From Eledone cirrhosa (Eukaryota): a DNA stretch of 64,000 bases. The position numbers were made by a program, and so were the translations under genes. The notes under the pieces were generated by a model. The model was not told the DNA's origin. It worked only from the letters and a program-made list of their open reading frames with translations, and did not search any database. The stretch covers positions 154,318,001 through 154,382,000 of the forward strand of contig OZ024740.1 in NCBI GenBank assembly GCA_964016885.1, written 5' to 3'. This document shows, piece by piece, positions 63,901-64,000 of the stretch (positions are counted from its first letter, which is position 1; every line of letters starts with the position of its first letter).

Positions 63901-64000
63901 TTTTCCTTTCCTAGGACTAAAAGTCCCAGGAACGGCAAAATATATTGCCATCTGCCAGCTAGCACAGGATCGAATGGGGCCGAAAATTTGACCCATGCAT

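Overview
No host gene is recognisable. This is AT- and microsatellite-rich animal DNA (probably cephalopod/octopus, inferred only from the SINE family and repeat landscape) made almost entirely of nested mobile elements: two near-full-length L1/Tx1-type LINEs, Dong/R4-type and other RLE LINE fragments, RTE fragments plus a 610-bp RTE-derived non-autonomous family, at least six Penelope-like (PLE) relics, non-autonomous Helitrons and about 11 copies of a tRNA-derived SINE. The main signals from reading the sequence by hand: (1) about 15 type I hammerhead ribozyme motifs, many with non-canonical cores (U3-A8 covariant UUGANAA; CCGANGA), long stem II and palindromic stem III, including a ~435-bp non-coding retrozyme-like element; (2) in both Tx1 LINEs the ORF1 stop codon lies inside a consensus 5' splice site, and removing a 39- or 52-nt micro-intron would fuse ORF1 in frame to ORF2; (3) the SINE 3' end resembles the Tx1 3' end, and SINE, Tx1 and Dong pile into (TTA)n with fixed strand polarity, while PLE/hammerhead modules sit in (TA)n and RTE-derived/RLE elements in (CATA)n. 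Family assignments and RNA folds were made by eye, and boundaries are approximate unless stated.
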